A stretch of 64,000 nucleotides of DNA from Geosiphon pyriformis uo1 (lineage: Eukaryota; Fungi; Glomeromycota), in contig JAAOMT010000519.1 in the NCBI GenBank assembly GCA_016748015.1, positions 57,906-121,905 on the forward strand. Direction: 5' to 3'. The notes under the pieces were generated by a model. That model was not told where the DNA came from, made no database searches, and was given only the letters and a program-made list of their open reading frames with translations. The position numbers and the translations under genes were made by a program. Positions 1 through 13,250 of the stretch are shown here, piece by piece; the stretch's first letter is position 1; each line of letters begins with the position of its first letter.

Positions 1-1322
1 AATACTTTAAAATCGAATCAATGAAAAAACTAAATCTAATCAATTTTCCTACCATGATTCATGAAAATTTTTTCCATTAAAAGAAGTTTATTTACTATAT
101 AAAAGGTTCTTGTTTCAATTTATAATATCTGAAATGTATCAAATATATATTTACATGCTTTTAAAAAATCTTTTTTTAATCAATTTTAATTTCCATGCAT
201 ATTACCTATTATTTTCACTTGGCTTTTTGACAACTATTCAATCCTAATTAATTTTCAATTCAGAATTTTGAAATGTCATCGTATCATTAAAAAATTCCCA
301 AAACCAGCTATTTATCTTTTAATCAATCAATCAATCAATCACTCAATCATAGTGGGCTTTTAAATAAAAATTAAATTTTTGTTCTTTTGCCAAGTGGATT
401 TTTGATATTAAAATCGCTGCAATACAAAACCCGTGAAAGCAAAACAACCGACGAACTAAATTGGGAGACGAACCTTTCCAATTTTGCGAATCCGGATATT
501 TTTAAATACACGTTGGTTTGTAGTTTTTGTATTTGTACATGTATTTGTGAAACGATCGTATTTGATCTCAAGATGATTGTGTCTACCATTTCAAAAAAGG
601 TTAGTAAATATTTATTATAAAATGCCGATTACCGATATCAAATAGATATCAAATAGATCTCCTGCTTTAATTTCAGTGAGAAATAAAAGTACTTTCAATT
701 GGCTAAAAAAAGAAAAATGAATCCTTTAAACGTCGTCAAAGTTTTCATGACAACATTTTTTCCCAAATATTAATCTTAAACTATTTCAATTATTGATATA
801 TTATCTTTATTAGATCATTTTTCACACAACTTATATCAAAAAGTCATTTTAGACTTTTTGAATTTCGATTTGCAAAGATCATTTAAAAAATAAGTGTATT
901 AATCCTTGTTTGAGAAATTTGATCAAATACACACACACTATACAAAAAGATGAAATTAGCAATAATGAAATGAATAATTTTATTTTTTACAAATAATTAA
1001 AGCCAAAGAAAAACTTTAATATTTTTATTTAGATCCTATTACTCATTTATTATCGGTTAAATCTTGCACAAACACCAAACAAAAATTTATTGACAAAAAC
1101 AAAAATATGAAAAATATCAACTTTTAATTTTCTCATGCCCTCTTTTAACTCTATTTGTTGGTTGGTTGGTTGGTTCATTCGTTCTTCAAATTTGAAAGTA
1201 AATCAAAAGTAGTTAGCGCGTCTAATTTCCCCCAAAAAATTTCAACATTATAAATGGTTTTGATGAAATTTTCCGTATTTTTAATCTGAACTAGAAATTT
1301 TTTGCTCAATATTTATTTTATA

Positions 1323-2902
1323 ATGATCAAAAATAAGGCTGGAAAATTTGAGAAATTTTGTTGGATACCACTTATTGTTTTTTTGTCATTTCTAATAGCT
1401 CCAATAGAATTTCAAGCACTACTTCATCAAACATCAATTAATGAACATCAAGCATCCATGAATAGAACACTTTTTTTTCCGCACTTTACTCATCATTCGA
1501 GTCTAGTTTTCAAACGAAATTTTACGGAAAGTGAACAATTTCTAATATCTACAAGTAAAGGCTTTGGATCAGCAGGACCCGAACCTCCAAAAAAGAAACT
1601 GGTCACCAATTGGTCTTTAATTCATTTTCTGTCTTTAATGTCAGGATGGGCTAATGTTCCATATTGCTTCGATAAAGAAAAATGGAAGGGCCTGGAATTA
1701 GATTTCCCGAATGTAACAGGTTAGTAATAGTCTTTTTGAAATTTCAGAAGGTTACTATTTATTCAAATTTAAGGTTAAATCCGGGACTTATGGAATGGAT
1801 TGCAAAACTCATTGTCTTTCGACCCTTGGAAGCTGGATTTGTTCTTGGATTCGATGATAGCAAACCAAATGGTTCAATTATAGGTTTTTTTCGAGGCAGG
1901 TCAACTATTCTCGCAAAACTTTAGTTTCTATCCGCTAATACTTTGTTTGCTTCTTCTTCTTCTTATTGAACAAAGTCCTGTTTTATTATTTTATTTTCAA
2001 AAACCAGGCCCAGATATCAAAAAAAATGAATGGGGGCCACATAAATTTCAAGATGATATTCCTCAGAGACATCGTCAATGGAAATGGTCACCAGAATGGC
2101 GTGCAGCTGTAATCACTTGGCCAGTTATAAATGCTGCAAAGGCAAAGATTGAACTCTTGTCTCAACAACTTGATGATGAAAAAGTGAATTTGTATTTTGT
2201 TGGACATGGAGTGGGAGGAAGTAACTAATGATGAATAACCTTTTTTTTCAATATTTTGTGTTGATTGGTTTAATGTTCTAATAAAGATTTATTTTTGATT
2301 TAAACTCAAAGTTTACGCCGCTTATCTTGCCGTGGTTCTAGCTCAATTAAGAGAACAAAATGATATCATTATGCTTATGAAAAGATTCAAAATTTTTGTC
2401 ATCACCTATGGTCAACCTCGTTTCGGTAACAATGCTGCGGTGAAAATTGTAAACCGTTTTATAGATGAAAAAGCTTTAAGAATTTATCGTGTCACTCATG
2501 CCAATGATTATTTTCCACATCATCCGAGTCCTAAAATTGTCAATAAAATAAGTAATCGGTATTGGCATACTGAGCGGGAATATTGGATTCCGGATTCAGC
2601 TTGTGATTGCTCTGATGGAAAAGTTGATAAGAACTACAAGTTGTTTGATTGTGCTGGGTTTCATGAAAAGGACCCTAACGGCTATGGGGAGAATAAGGTT
2701 GGTATTGTATGAATTTTTTAATACTCTTTTTGATTAATTACGCAAATCAAAAAAAAAATTTTTTCTGATATATGGATCGTAACATAATGAGTAGCAGTGT
2801 AATTTGGGGACAGATGGATCAGGAGAATCAGCTCATTATGGACCATATTTTGGGACTACCTTTGGTGATTGTCAAAAATTTGGTTTTACTAAAGAATCAT
2901 AA
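1323..2902 (+). CDS. Secreted Lipase_3 (fungal class 3 lipase) fold protein, predicted catalytically inactive (GHGVGG); about 5 exons
   Basis: Hydrophobic N-terminus (FCWIPLIVFLSFLIAP). Spliced exons give IIGFFRG, LYFVGHGVGG|IYAAY, VITYGQPRFGN, IYRVTHANDYFPHHP, YWHTEREYWI and a last exon QCNLGTDGSGESAHYGPYFG...KES* (TAA 2900-2902), matching Lipase_3 motif order. Boundaries of introns 1 and 2 are ambiguous. Confidence 0.85.
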
Positions 2903-3619
2903 GTTTCGCTTCTTATTCAAAATTGTTCACATATGCGATCTAATAATTCACTCACTAAATTAATTTCAAATCAATATGTTACAAGAGAAGAAAATAAGCT
3001 TCCATGACAAAAATTTAGAAAATTCAATAAAATTTCGTTCATGGAAAATGCTTAGCAAAGTGAAAAGACGCAAATTGTGAAATCTCTATAATTCGGAATC
3101 GAAATTGAACTTCAAAAAATCTGATGTGAAACAATATAAAATGCGAATTAACAAAAAAAAATTATACTGGATTTGACAAGAATGGCGAAAATTTAAAGGA
3201 TAAACTTGTTTGAATGTGATTTAATTGTATAAGATTTCAATGGTAATATGCTAGAACAAAGTTTCAAAATCAAATTATTATTAATATTCTTTGATAACAA
3301 TTTTATTAAAAATTCGTGACTTCTAAAAACTATTATAGGACAAAATTATTAATATTATATTTATTTATTTATTCATTCCTCAGCTCTTTTTTTTAATATA
3401 TTTGTAAAATTTTAATGATTTTCCAGAAAAATATCTTACTATTGTTAAATTTTCCTATTAAGTTGATGAAAATTTCAAGAATTTTAAATAAAAATTTCTT
3501 AAATAGTTTCTAATTTTTCTTTGATAATAACATTTAGTTAATAATTCGTTTTTAAGTTATTTATTTTAATTTCAAAAACTTCAAAATAATTTATCATTTA
3601 ATTTAAATCTTTATTAAAG

Positions 3620-3620
<1 letters not shown>

Positions 3621-3680
<60 letters not shown>
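3621..3680. repeat. (ATT)n microsatellite
   Basis: About 20 consecutive ATT units read directly. Confidence 0.95.
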
Positions 3681-3684
<4 letters not shown>

Positions 3685-4449
3685 TATTGTTTACCTTTTT
3701 TTTTATTAATTTATATAAACTTTAATTTTTTTAAGAGAATTTTTTGTATATGTTTTTGGAAAAATAAATATATATTTTTTTTTTAATATTATTAAAAATT
3801 AAGGTTGAAAAATAATTTAATTAAAAAGAAGTTAGAAAACTACATTTTTTTTAAAATTTATCTTTTCATTCTTTGATATCAAGAGGGTGGCTGATCACGT
3901 GTGATGAAACTTATTTTTCAGTTTGTGCGCTGTGGTATAATGAAAAGAAAAAATATCAAAATTTTATTTATAGTAACTTAATTATGTAATATACATATTA
4001 ATGAAATTTTATAATTTTGTATATAAAAATATTTTTGTAAGGTTTTGATAAATCGCAATAATATAATAATATAACAAATATAATAAATTGCCAAAATTAA
4101 TACTCAATTTGGCAAAATATTTTTATATTAATCATTGTGGTTTTATAATAAATATTTATGAGCAAATTTAACTTTGAATTATGTCAATTAAATAATGAGG
4201 TTTTTTTTTTTACGATACTGCCTTTTGTTACCACCATTTTTGAAGAAAAAATTAAATTACTTTCCTTTAATCTCCTTACAGTCATTGATCTTTGATTGGT
4301 TCATCAATCAAAGTTGACAAAATGGATTGATGCTTTATTTTTTGTGTCTTCGTGTTGTCATCATGATTTTATTCCTCACCAGGAAAAAAGATAAAACCCA
4401 TGAAACTTTACTCTTTCTAAAGATCCATCCTCATATTTTGTTGAAAAAA

Positions 4450-5319
4450 ATGACTAACATAAGCTCAAAACATTACTATGAGGATGGTGATATTTTGCTT
4501 ATCGTAGAAAATGTCTCATTTCGGGTACATCGCCTTATACTTTCACTCGCCTCACCAGTCTTTAAAGATATCTTTACTCTCTCCACTGTATCAAAAGATA
4601 AATTAATCCCCGAAATCGAGCTCAAAGGTGATTCAGTCATCCATTTTGAACTGTTATTGGATTATATCTATCCTGCCTCGTTTGCATCTTTGGAATGGCT
4701 CACAGTGGTAGATTTCCTGAAACTCGGCGACAAATATTTAATCGAGAGTGTAAAAATCTTTGCAGATCAATTTTTGAAATTGGCTTATCAAAATAACCCG
4801 CTAGATGCTTTTCTCTTGGCTGATAAATATTCGTTGACTGTTGCCTTTAAGGAATCATCTAAGCTCGTTTTTGAAACTCTATCCAATTGTGCTACAAAAT
4901 CCACATTTCGCTTGCTTTCGGGCAAAACAAAGGCAAAGGTTTTCGAGACATTTTGGAGATATGAGCAATTTCTTCGCAACCTTGCAACCCAAGGTATTTA
5001 TCCAAAATATAGCAACCATTCCTGTAGAGATAAAAAGCACTCTTGGAGAATGTTAGCAGAGAAACATGATGAGGAAGCCAATATAGAACTTAAAAAGCGA
5101 ATCATTCAAACCCTTTCCTCCCCTGATAGTAAACCGTCTAATGTTTGGGACATATTGACCAAAGATTATTGCCAAAGCGATGATAGGTTCAAAAATTGCT
5201 ATGCTTTTAAAAATGTAATATTACAACAGCTTTATGGATTCGAGAATTATCAGCCCTTGGAATTAAAAGAGTCTCCAAAGAAAATGTATCTTTATGTTCA
5301 GCTTACAGACATACATTAA
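4450..5319 (+). CDS. BTB/POZ domain protein, single exon
   Basis: YYEDGDILLIVENVSFRVHRLILSLASPVFKDIF...FELLLDYIYP...LGDKYLI is a typical fungal BTB domain. First good ATG is 4450 (aaaaATGA) inside ORF 4327-5319. Confidence 0.85.
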   Translation: MTNISSKHYYEDGDILLIVENVSFRVHRLILSLASPVFKDIFTLSTVSKDKLIPEIELKGDSVIHFELLLDYIYPASFASLEWLTVVDFLKLGDKYLIESVKIFADQFLKLAYQNNPLDAFLLADKYSLTVAFKESSKLVFETLSNCATKSTFRLLSGKTKAKVFETFWRYEQFLRNLATQGIYPKYSNHSCRDKKHSWRMLAEKHDEEANIELKKRIIQTLSSPDSKPSNVWDILTKDYCQSDDRFKNCYAFKNVILQQLYGFENYQPLELKESPKKMYLYVQLTDIH

Positions 5320-5919
5320 ACAATTTGGAAAAGAGGATTTGAAATTTCTCTATTCAACTATGCATACTATCTTTGCTTTTTTCCTTTTTGCATATCTTCC
5401 ATTGAAAAAAGCTATATAATAAATATTTTGGTTTTTGCTATTGACTTAATACATGTAGAATTATGTTTTCGCCATCTGATCTATTTTTAGATGTTCTCAT
5501 AGCATTGATTGAAATAACAAGCTCACACAATTTCAAAAGTAGAAATAACTAAAGCCTTTCAATTTTTCAAGATTCAAGGTTTTGTTTTCACTTTCATCTT
5601 CAAAAATGGGACCGCTTTTACTCGATTCAGGTTGAAAATACCTGCTAAATGAATCAAGATAAAAGGCATTTTTAGCTTCCCTTAAGAGGAAAATGAACTG
5701 TATATTGAATTCTTGAAGTTTAAACCGACGCCCATAGTACCTATTCACGTGATAGCATTAAAACTATGTGCAGCTCAATTCTCATCTAACTGGCAATAAT
5801 ATGAGTTATTAGTTTTCTATCAGGTAAAAAAAAACTATCTCAGAAAACGTGTAAAACACGCTATTTCTTTTTCAATTTTGGAAACCTCATAAAATCTATT
5901 TCACCAAATTTTACAGATT

Positions 5920-8794
5920 TTATAACTCTTGATGTTCTGCATTGGTATTTTTCGATTTTTTATCAAAAGGTGAATCAGGACATACAGCCGGTGTATTCAT
6001 CTTCATCATATACTCGCATTTCTCGGGTTCCGTCACTGAGGTAATTTTGTTCTCGAGGCCACATTCAAATATAACCTTTAAGTTTATTCATTAATAGGAT
6101 GAATTTATTAATAGGTATAGTTTTGAAAAAATTTTCTTATCCAAACACATACCTTGAGAGATCTTTCCGGCCCATTCCAACATCTCTGTCCATTTTCATA
6201 AATTTGAGAAAGATAATATTCGGGGTGATCAGAAGAATCAGCACCAGTCCATCGTGAAAATGAGCTGTGACAAATTTTATATGAGGTCAAGTGAATATTG
6301 GTTTCAGTTGGTAGAAAATCAAGAGTACTTACCCCAAATTAGTTCCCGAATAATCTTGTGCACTCTTTTGTGTCCCTTTATCGAATAAACATAGGGTATA
6401 TGTGTAACTATCATCGGAAATCAAGGAGTTGAGAATATAAAAAATATCATTCAAAATTAATTTTCATTTTCAAAGTTATAATTCGTGAAACTAAAAATTA
6501 GACATACTCTCCACTAAGGTAATCGAAACATTGACCATCTAACTTTATCCATTCATTTTGACGTCCAAAATCGCGTTCGAGTTTCCCATTTATTTCGTCA
6601 ATTCGCTTCTCCATATCCCGTTGTTCAGTTTCGGCAGATTTATGGGCTTCACGTGCTTTGTTTACTTCTGAGATTAAAAATGATGCATTTGAATTGGTCA
6701 GAGAATTCAGGCTATCGTTAGTTTTAACTATCTGAAATCATTTCCAGAAATGACCAAGAATTTCCTATACCTTTGGATTGTCCATATTTGAAAGAATCGT
6801 CTGTCTTTTGATATTGTTCAGAGCTCAGGGAAAACTTGATAATATTGTCCAAACCAAATGTTTCCAAGAATCCATTCAAAGTGCTTTTAATCGCATCAGA
6901 TATTATGTCCCAATATGATGATTCTATAGGCAAAAAATGTGTCAGGCTTTAATTTGTATTGAAAAGTTGAAACAAAAAGCATTTTCCCGCAGAGCTCTAT
7001 TAACCCAAAGAACAATCTTTAAATACCATCTGCTGTAGGAAGAGATCCCTGCAGCTGCTTTGCCTTGATTTCCGCATCATTAATAGTGTCTTTTTCTTCT
7101 TCATCGTCATCATTTTCGTCATCTTGATCCTCATCACCTTTTTCCTCATCATCAGACTCATCTTGTCTTGAGCCCTTTTCTTCTTCAAACTCTTTTAAAA
7201 ATTCATCGTACCCAGAAATAGCAGTTTTCACCGCCATATCATGATAATTTTGATTATGATCTTGTTTGAGATCACGTAAAATTTTCAACAAAGTATCAAT
7301 CTGGTCACGATATTTTTGAGATTGTTGAGTGAGTTTTGTAATTCGTTGTTTCAGAGCGCGAGATCGGTTTTCTTGGATTTTTTGGAAAGTTTAGAGAAAA
7401 GAAATGATGAAGAATGATTGAAAGAACAAATATAGCTATAAAAACGGCTTAAGACTATAAGGTGCTTACCACGTTCTTTTTTTGTATCTTGTCTTAATAT
7501 TCGGTCCTTCTCCTCCGCCTTCTCCAAAACCTCTTTTCATTACGTTCAAAGTGCGGCTAGATAAATTAAAAAATTCCTAGCAGCATCAAAATTTCTGAAC
7601 TTGTGATGTTTCAACTCGAACCTTTCCTTTCTTGAACCCTTTGCTTCGCTGCCGTGAGCTCAATTAAAAGTCTTTCCAGATCAGCTTGCCACTCAAATCT
7701 TTTTTGCCTGCCAAATTCTATATAATCTTTTTTGATCTCTCCCCCCTAACAAATAGATAGATTTTACATATCAATAAGCTGTGAATATATAATACAAGAA
7801 AATTTCAACGAAAAAGATCAACCTTTGTTTGTAATCTTTCTAACTCTTTCAGCCGCTGACGATGCTGGATACCAAGTTGCTTACAAGTGTTTGGGCATGA
7901 TACTTGACCATCAAATTCGTCTGAACCGTCACAGCATTCCGATTCTTTAATAGTGAACAAAATTTAAAAGAATTGGAATGGCAAAATGAATGGGTAGTAG
8001 TTTATAGGAAGGTGAGCATAAGATGAAGCTAATCGGTGATATAAAATTTCTCAAATAATTCACAACCTCATATGAAATAATCCTAAATCTTAAAAATACG
8101 TACCACAAATTCCATCATTCACTCGTGATGCTTCAATGTATGCCGGGATATGACCTCTGTTCTGACAAAAAAATCGACTATTCAGGCAAGCCGAAGTGCC
8201 TAAATTTCATTCAAGAAAAATTTTGGAAGGAATATTCCAGTAAAATAATAATCCCAAAAGGCTTGTTAACTTGATCTTATAATTGTGCTTTGAAAATCTA
8301 GTTTGAAAATAAAAGGAACATTCAAATACCTGGTTCATCAGATCCATCTGTGCAATCACAAAAATCATCATTAATCGCTTCCCATGGTATTTTCGCAGAA
8401 CCATCAAGACACTCCCAATACGCTGGTGACTCGGGGGTGCGTTTATAGAGGTCTGCCCCTGATCGTAACGTTTATGGGTGATTCATCATTATTGAATTAT
8501 TCCAGTTTCAGAGAGCGTATAAAATAAAAATAATTTAACTTTCAATGTATTTCCCAGTCCACAATTAATCTAAAGTTAAAACATACTTGACTTTGCTATG
8601 CCTTTTGGTTTAGTATTATCGTTTTGATTACTTTTCGTGGGAGGAATTTCTTGGGCTTCAACTTCGAAAAGACGGCATAAAAACGAGCAAAATAAAAGCA
8701 TGATCCAGATTGAGGAAACTTTATAGGGAAAATTTGAAAAACGTTTTCCACATCCTGGTTGCCATAATTCATTTTGATTTTTAATAAACTTCAT
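5920..8794 (-). CDS. GTB1: Glucosidase II beta subunit (PRKCSH/Gtb1-like), multi-exon
   Basis: Signal-like N-terminus; WECLDGSAKIPWEAINDDFCDCTDGSDEPG|TSACLNSRFFCQNRGHIPAYIEASRVNDGIC and ECCDGSDEFDG (LDLa-like); acidic tract 7090-7190; MRH domain (YENGQRCWNGPERS, CGLENKITSVTEPEKCEYMMKMNTPAVC); ends HQEL* (stop 5920-5922). Confidence 0.93.
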
Positions 8795-11700
8795 GATTGT
8801 AGAGGTTTTTTTTTAAGAAATGAAATCAAAATGTGTTATAAAAATTTCATTGGTTGGAAACATAAACGTGAATAAAGAGCTTGAAAATATCGGCGATATT
8901 CTGATTCGGAATCTTGAAAAAAAGTCATACAAAATAAAAATTTTTGGCCAATTTGTTCATCTCGGCTCAGGAATCAAGAATCAGGGATTAGGAATATAAT
9001 GCATTAACTTATTGGCACTTAGCATTGTAGTCATCTGTATCGTCATTTATTTTCGGTAGCTGCAACGACGACTAACAGCTAATCTTTCCTGTATAGCAAT
9101 TAGTTCTGCACTCCTGAAAATCAGTGATGCCGGAATTTGAAAGGCTTCCGGTTACCGGCGGAATCGGAAATAATGATCAGTGGTACAAGCAAAATTCGAT
9201 TAGCACGTCAAATCATCAAAAATTATCTAAAAGATATTGAAATCAAGATTTTAACAACCATTTTAAAATTTATTTTAGTTTAATCGAAAGGTGGTCAACT
9301 GCCAAATAGCAAGAATTTAAAGAAAGAGATTACAAGATGCATCTTGCTATAAATATAATTTCAAGTTTTTTCTGCACTATGTTAGATTAATCACAAATTA
9401 GGCAGTTGAGGAATTAGAATGCACGTATGTGTTAAGGAATCTAGTTAATGGACAGATTAAATAAAACCAAAACTGGAGATTACGAGCGTTATAATTGATT
9501 AGAAAAATCATGAATGACCAAAATGAGCAGGCTGCTTGGGTTATCGAAAAGTCAAGTTTTACGAGATCTCACAAAATAACGTGAATTTAATTATAAGCGT
9601 AAGCATTCGAATTTGACGAGAACAGGATAGTGAGCACAAACTCTGACGTCTTTGCTATAGTTAAAATTTTAAGAAATGAACCGAAACAGTACACTGCAAG
9701 TTTTCAATTTAGGAAATCTGAATTAACAACTTTTTTGGGGAGGGAAAGATCTGATAACCCCCTTTCATTGTGAAAATAAAGAAAAGGATTGAAAATTTCG
9801 GTATTAATGAAAATATAAAGCTATGTCTGAAAATAATAGACATAAAGCAAAAGCTTATCTATTTCGAGATCTTTTCAAGTTCACGACCTTACTCTTTTTT
9901 AAACAGTCATAGCAACATTATAATATGAACCCATCTTATGACTTTTCATTCCTTTCTTCAGAGAAGCGTTGAAAAAATTCACAGACTTTATTGATTGACT
10001 TTTATTCAAAATTGGTGCATAAATCTTTCAGAAATTCAATCAAAAGAGTCTTATAATCTGTTGATCGATGATAATTAAGTCATATTCGATATTTGGGAAT
10101 TATAAAAAGCTGAATTATATTATTGCTGCTCGCTGTATAGAAGCAAAACAAAGATTTGCTGACATAAATATCTCAAAATCGCTAGGGAACGAACCCAAAA
10201 TTAGAATAATGCACTGATCTATCGTTGCCGTCCTCATTGCATAGAGAAACTAAAATAAAACGAGTTTAAATGTTTATATTGGTGAAAAGTAGTTGCACTG
10301 AATTTCACAGGAAAAGGATATATTAATGAAAACTTGATCTATCTTATGCAATAAATTCTGAAACAATCTACTCTTTAATAATAATAATAATAATAATTAT
10401 GATTATTATTAATTTGAGGATTTTGAGCCTTGAGTTGTTTGTTTAATATATATACATGAGTTTGAAAGTTATGATAGACAAATTAATTTGAAATAAAAAG
10501 CATAATTATTTAATTTAAAATCACAAAATATAAAATTTCAACTATTTTTTGTTTGCAGCATGATACAAATAATCAACCATGATTATGTCAAAAAGAGTCA
10601 AGTTCTTTAGCACATTTTTTACAAGCATTAAACCACTTTGCTGCTCGAAATATTATTATGCCACAGACTATTTGGCAATGACTTTGATTATGTCTTAGCA
10701 AACCAATATAATTATAAAATCGGGATCAAAAAGGTTAGAATTATAATTTATGTTTAAAAATAGTAACTCTAAAATTAAAAAAGTACACTAATTTTCATGA
10801 TTTCCACACATTGTGAATGTCCATAATGCTTATCTTAGAACTAATTTTTGCGCTCGTATTTATAGTCGCTATCATGAGGATGAATTAATTACTTTCCTTT
10901 TTTAGAGGATTGCATATACTTATATTTTATTTTCAAAAGCTCCTTGAATTCCTTTTTGTTTGGAATTTCTTAGAAAAATGAAAAACTGCAGCAAAAGTTT
11001 GTCCCATATATACACCAACTTTATTATGCACAATAGCTTACAATGCTGTGCGCGTTTTAAATCCTCTTCATGTGGAAAATTCTTTGGAAGAAAAATTTGT
11101 AATATATTCAGAAATCATTGGTATTTTGGATACGATCCTATTAAAGCATGTTATATCCTCGAAAAAGGGGCTATCTATAATTCATCCTTTTAATTTGAGT
11201 TGTAAAATAAAAATTGTAAATTTTAGATTCAAAATTTATTATCTAATGTATCAAGAAAATTGAACTTACTAACTAGAATTTCTAGAAACTTTTAAATTAC
11301 CTTCTTCGAAATCTCGTTTTTAGGGTTTTTCCATCTTTCTGGGCCAGTAGGTTGCAAACCACAATATGAAATTCTATTTTAACCTTAATTTTTTTTAATT
11401 ACCCAATTCTCATAATCAAAGGCACTATGTGAGATTTTAAAACGGTCAAAATCTCTTGACATTTTCTGAAACTTTCTTCCAAAAACAATATAATTTAAAG
11501 TTTAAAAACTGCAGTCTTACCACTGGAACGCATCGAATAGGTCCATTTTTTCAAGTCACTTTTTAAAGAGTCATGATATTCAATGCGCATTTGAAACATG
11601 GAAAGCTACCTATAAATTAACTAAAATATTTTCAGAAGGCAATAATTTTCATACATTCAAATTTTCAAAAAGGAATAGTTTAGAACCTCTGATTACGTTG

Positions 11701-12251
11701 AAAAGGTCACAGGGCGCAATTTAGGCCTATAATAGGTTGGAAAAATGAAGAAAACTGTCCATTGGAAGGTTATCCCTATTAGATATTACTATTAAAGGTT
11801 GCTTTTCATAATTCTTTTGCATTTTATACCTTTTATACCAATTCAAAATCTGATCATGATGATGAAAGAACATCAATGCAGGGATCCCACAACGAAAAAG
11901 TTTGATACGGATGTTACGTCATTGAAGATCCTTCCTTATTCATTTTTTGTTTGCTGGGACAGCTTTTCTTTTTTGTTATTGTTCGCCAAGCTTTTGAGTA
12001 AGACAAAAAAAAAATCAAATATTTCCCCACCTGGAAAAAGGTTTGTGTCACTTCACATCAATTTCGCGACTTTTTTGTTCAGTTTGCTTTTTTTCGGTAA
12101 TTGATTATCATGCTGCATGGTTTAGTAAAAAAAAATTGCAGAAAAGGACCAGGGTCTCTGTAAGAATTTCTTCTCTTAGGTGCTTCAATTTTCAAATTTG
12201 TTCTCTGTTGCGCTTTTTTTCGCGATATTTCAAATTTCGATTTGACAAATT

Positions 12252-13250
12252 ATGTCTTGGCAATTTGAAGCCCTTCGTGCTGTCTACCCGTTCACCTTCG
12301 CAGTATCAGTGACAATTATCGCCTTGTTAAGTCGTTGGGTCGATAGAACACATAGTTATATTAACGACATTGAATCGGAAACTCATTCAAACTATAAAGT
12401 AATATATCCTGGTGATGTCTATACAACTTTTGTTCTTGCCAGCGTCACAACAATCATTTCGGTTGCTTTATGCGTAACAAAAATATCAAGAGTCTACGGA
12501 TTTCGAGCAGGGACCATATTCATCCATGCTTTCTTGCTAGTACTCTGGCTGGCAGACGCTATCGTTATATTGGCCAAAAAAAATCACAGCTCCATGATGG
12601 ATAAAGATTTCGCCACGAAAAAATTACCCCCTGATACTTTGACAAACCATGATAAATTAAATGAAGCCGGTCGTATTGGAACAGCGGTTATGTCTTTAGC
12701 TTGGATTGAATTCTTCATCTTGTTGATGACGATTGGAATCAAATTATCGGTGAACATGAAACGAAAAGAATGGAAAAAGAACCAATCTGAATCGAAAAGT
12801 TTTGGAAGTCAAGGCACCTACGATAAAGATGCTAAAGAGTTGAGTATGGATATTGATGCAGCTGAAGCTGGTGAAATTAAACGTGAGGCAATTCAAGAGC
12901 GAGAAAATTTAGTTGAAAATGGGACTTCACTGCCGCCAATTGAAAATGGAAATGCAAAAAATACAGGTGCTATTGAGGTAAAAACCTTGAATGATGAAAT
13001 ATATGCCGAAGCTCAATATGATTTCCGTGGTAAAAAGGACGCTGATTTGAGTTTCAAAGTTGGCGACAAAATTCGCATTATTAAAAAGACAAACAACGTC
13101 AAAGATTGGTGGCAAGGCGAAGCCAACGGAAAAGTTGGTGAAGTATGTATTTTAAATATTTTTAATTGTTTCTTCCAGTTTCAATATGAAATTTTTAACA
13201 TATTTTACTTATATTCTTAGTTCCCCGGTAATTATGTGAAGCCTTTGTAA
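12252..13250 (+). CDS. Four-TM (MARVEL-like) membrane protein with C-terminal SH3 domain
   Basis: Four hydrophobic segments in aa ~10-165. SH3 reads AEAQYDFRGKKDADLSFKVGDKIRII...DWWQGEANGKVGE|FPGNYVKPL* after removing GT-AG intron 13144-13220. Confidence 0.88.

Noticed and set aside
371-589. 72 aa minus-strand ORF, vaguely like a lipase-family first exon (LLSRVLYC)
   Set aside because: No signal peptide, no downstream exons found and similarity too weak.
1896-2007. Non-canonical GC-AG intron in lipase gene 1
   Set aside because: An alternative GT donor at 1900 with an acceptor near 1976 also keeps frame (giving FRGS), so it cannot be decided without transcripts.
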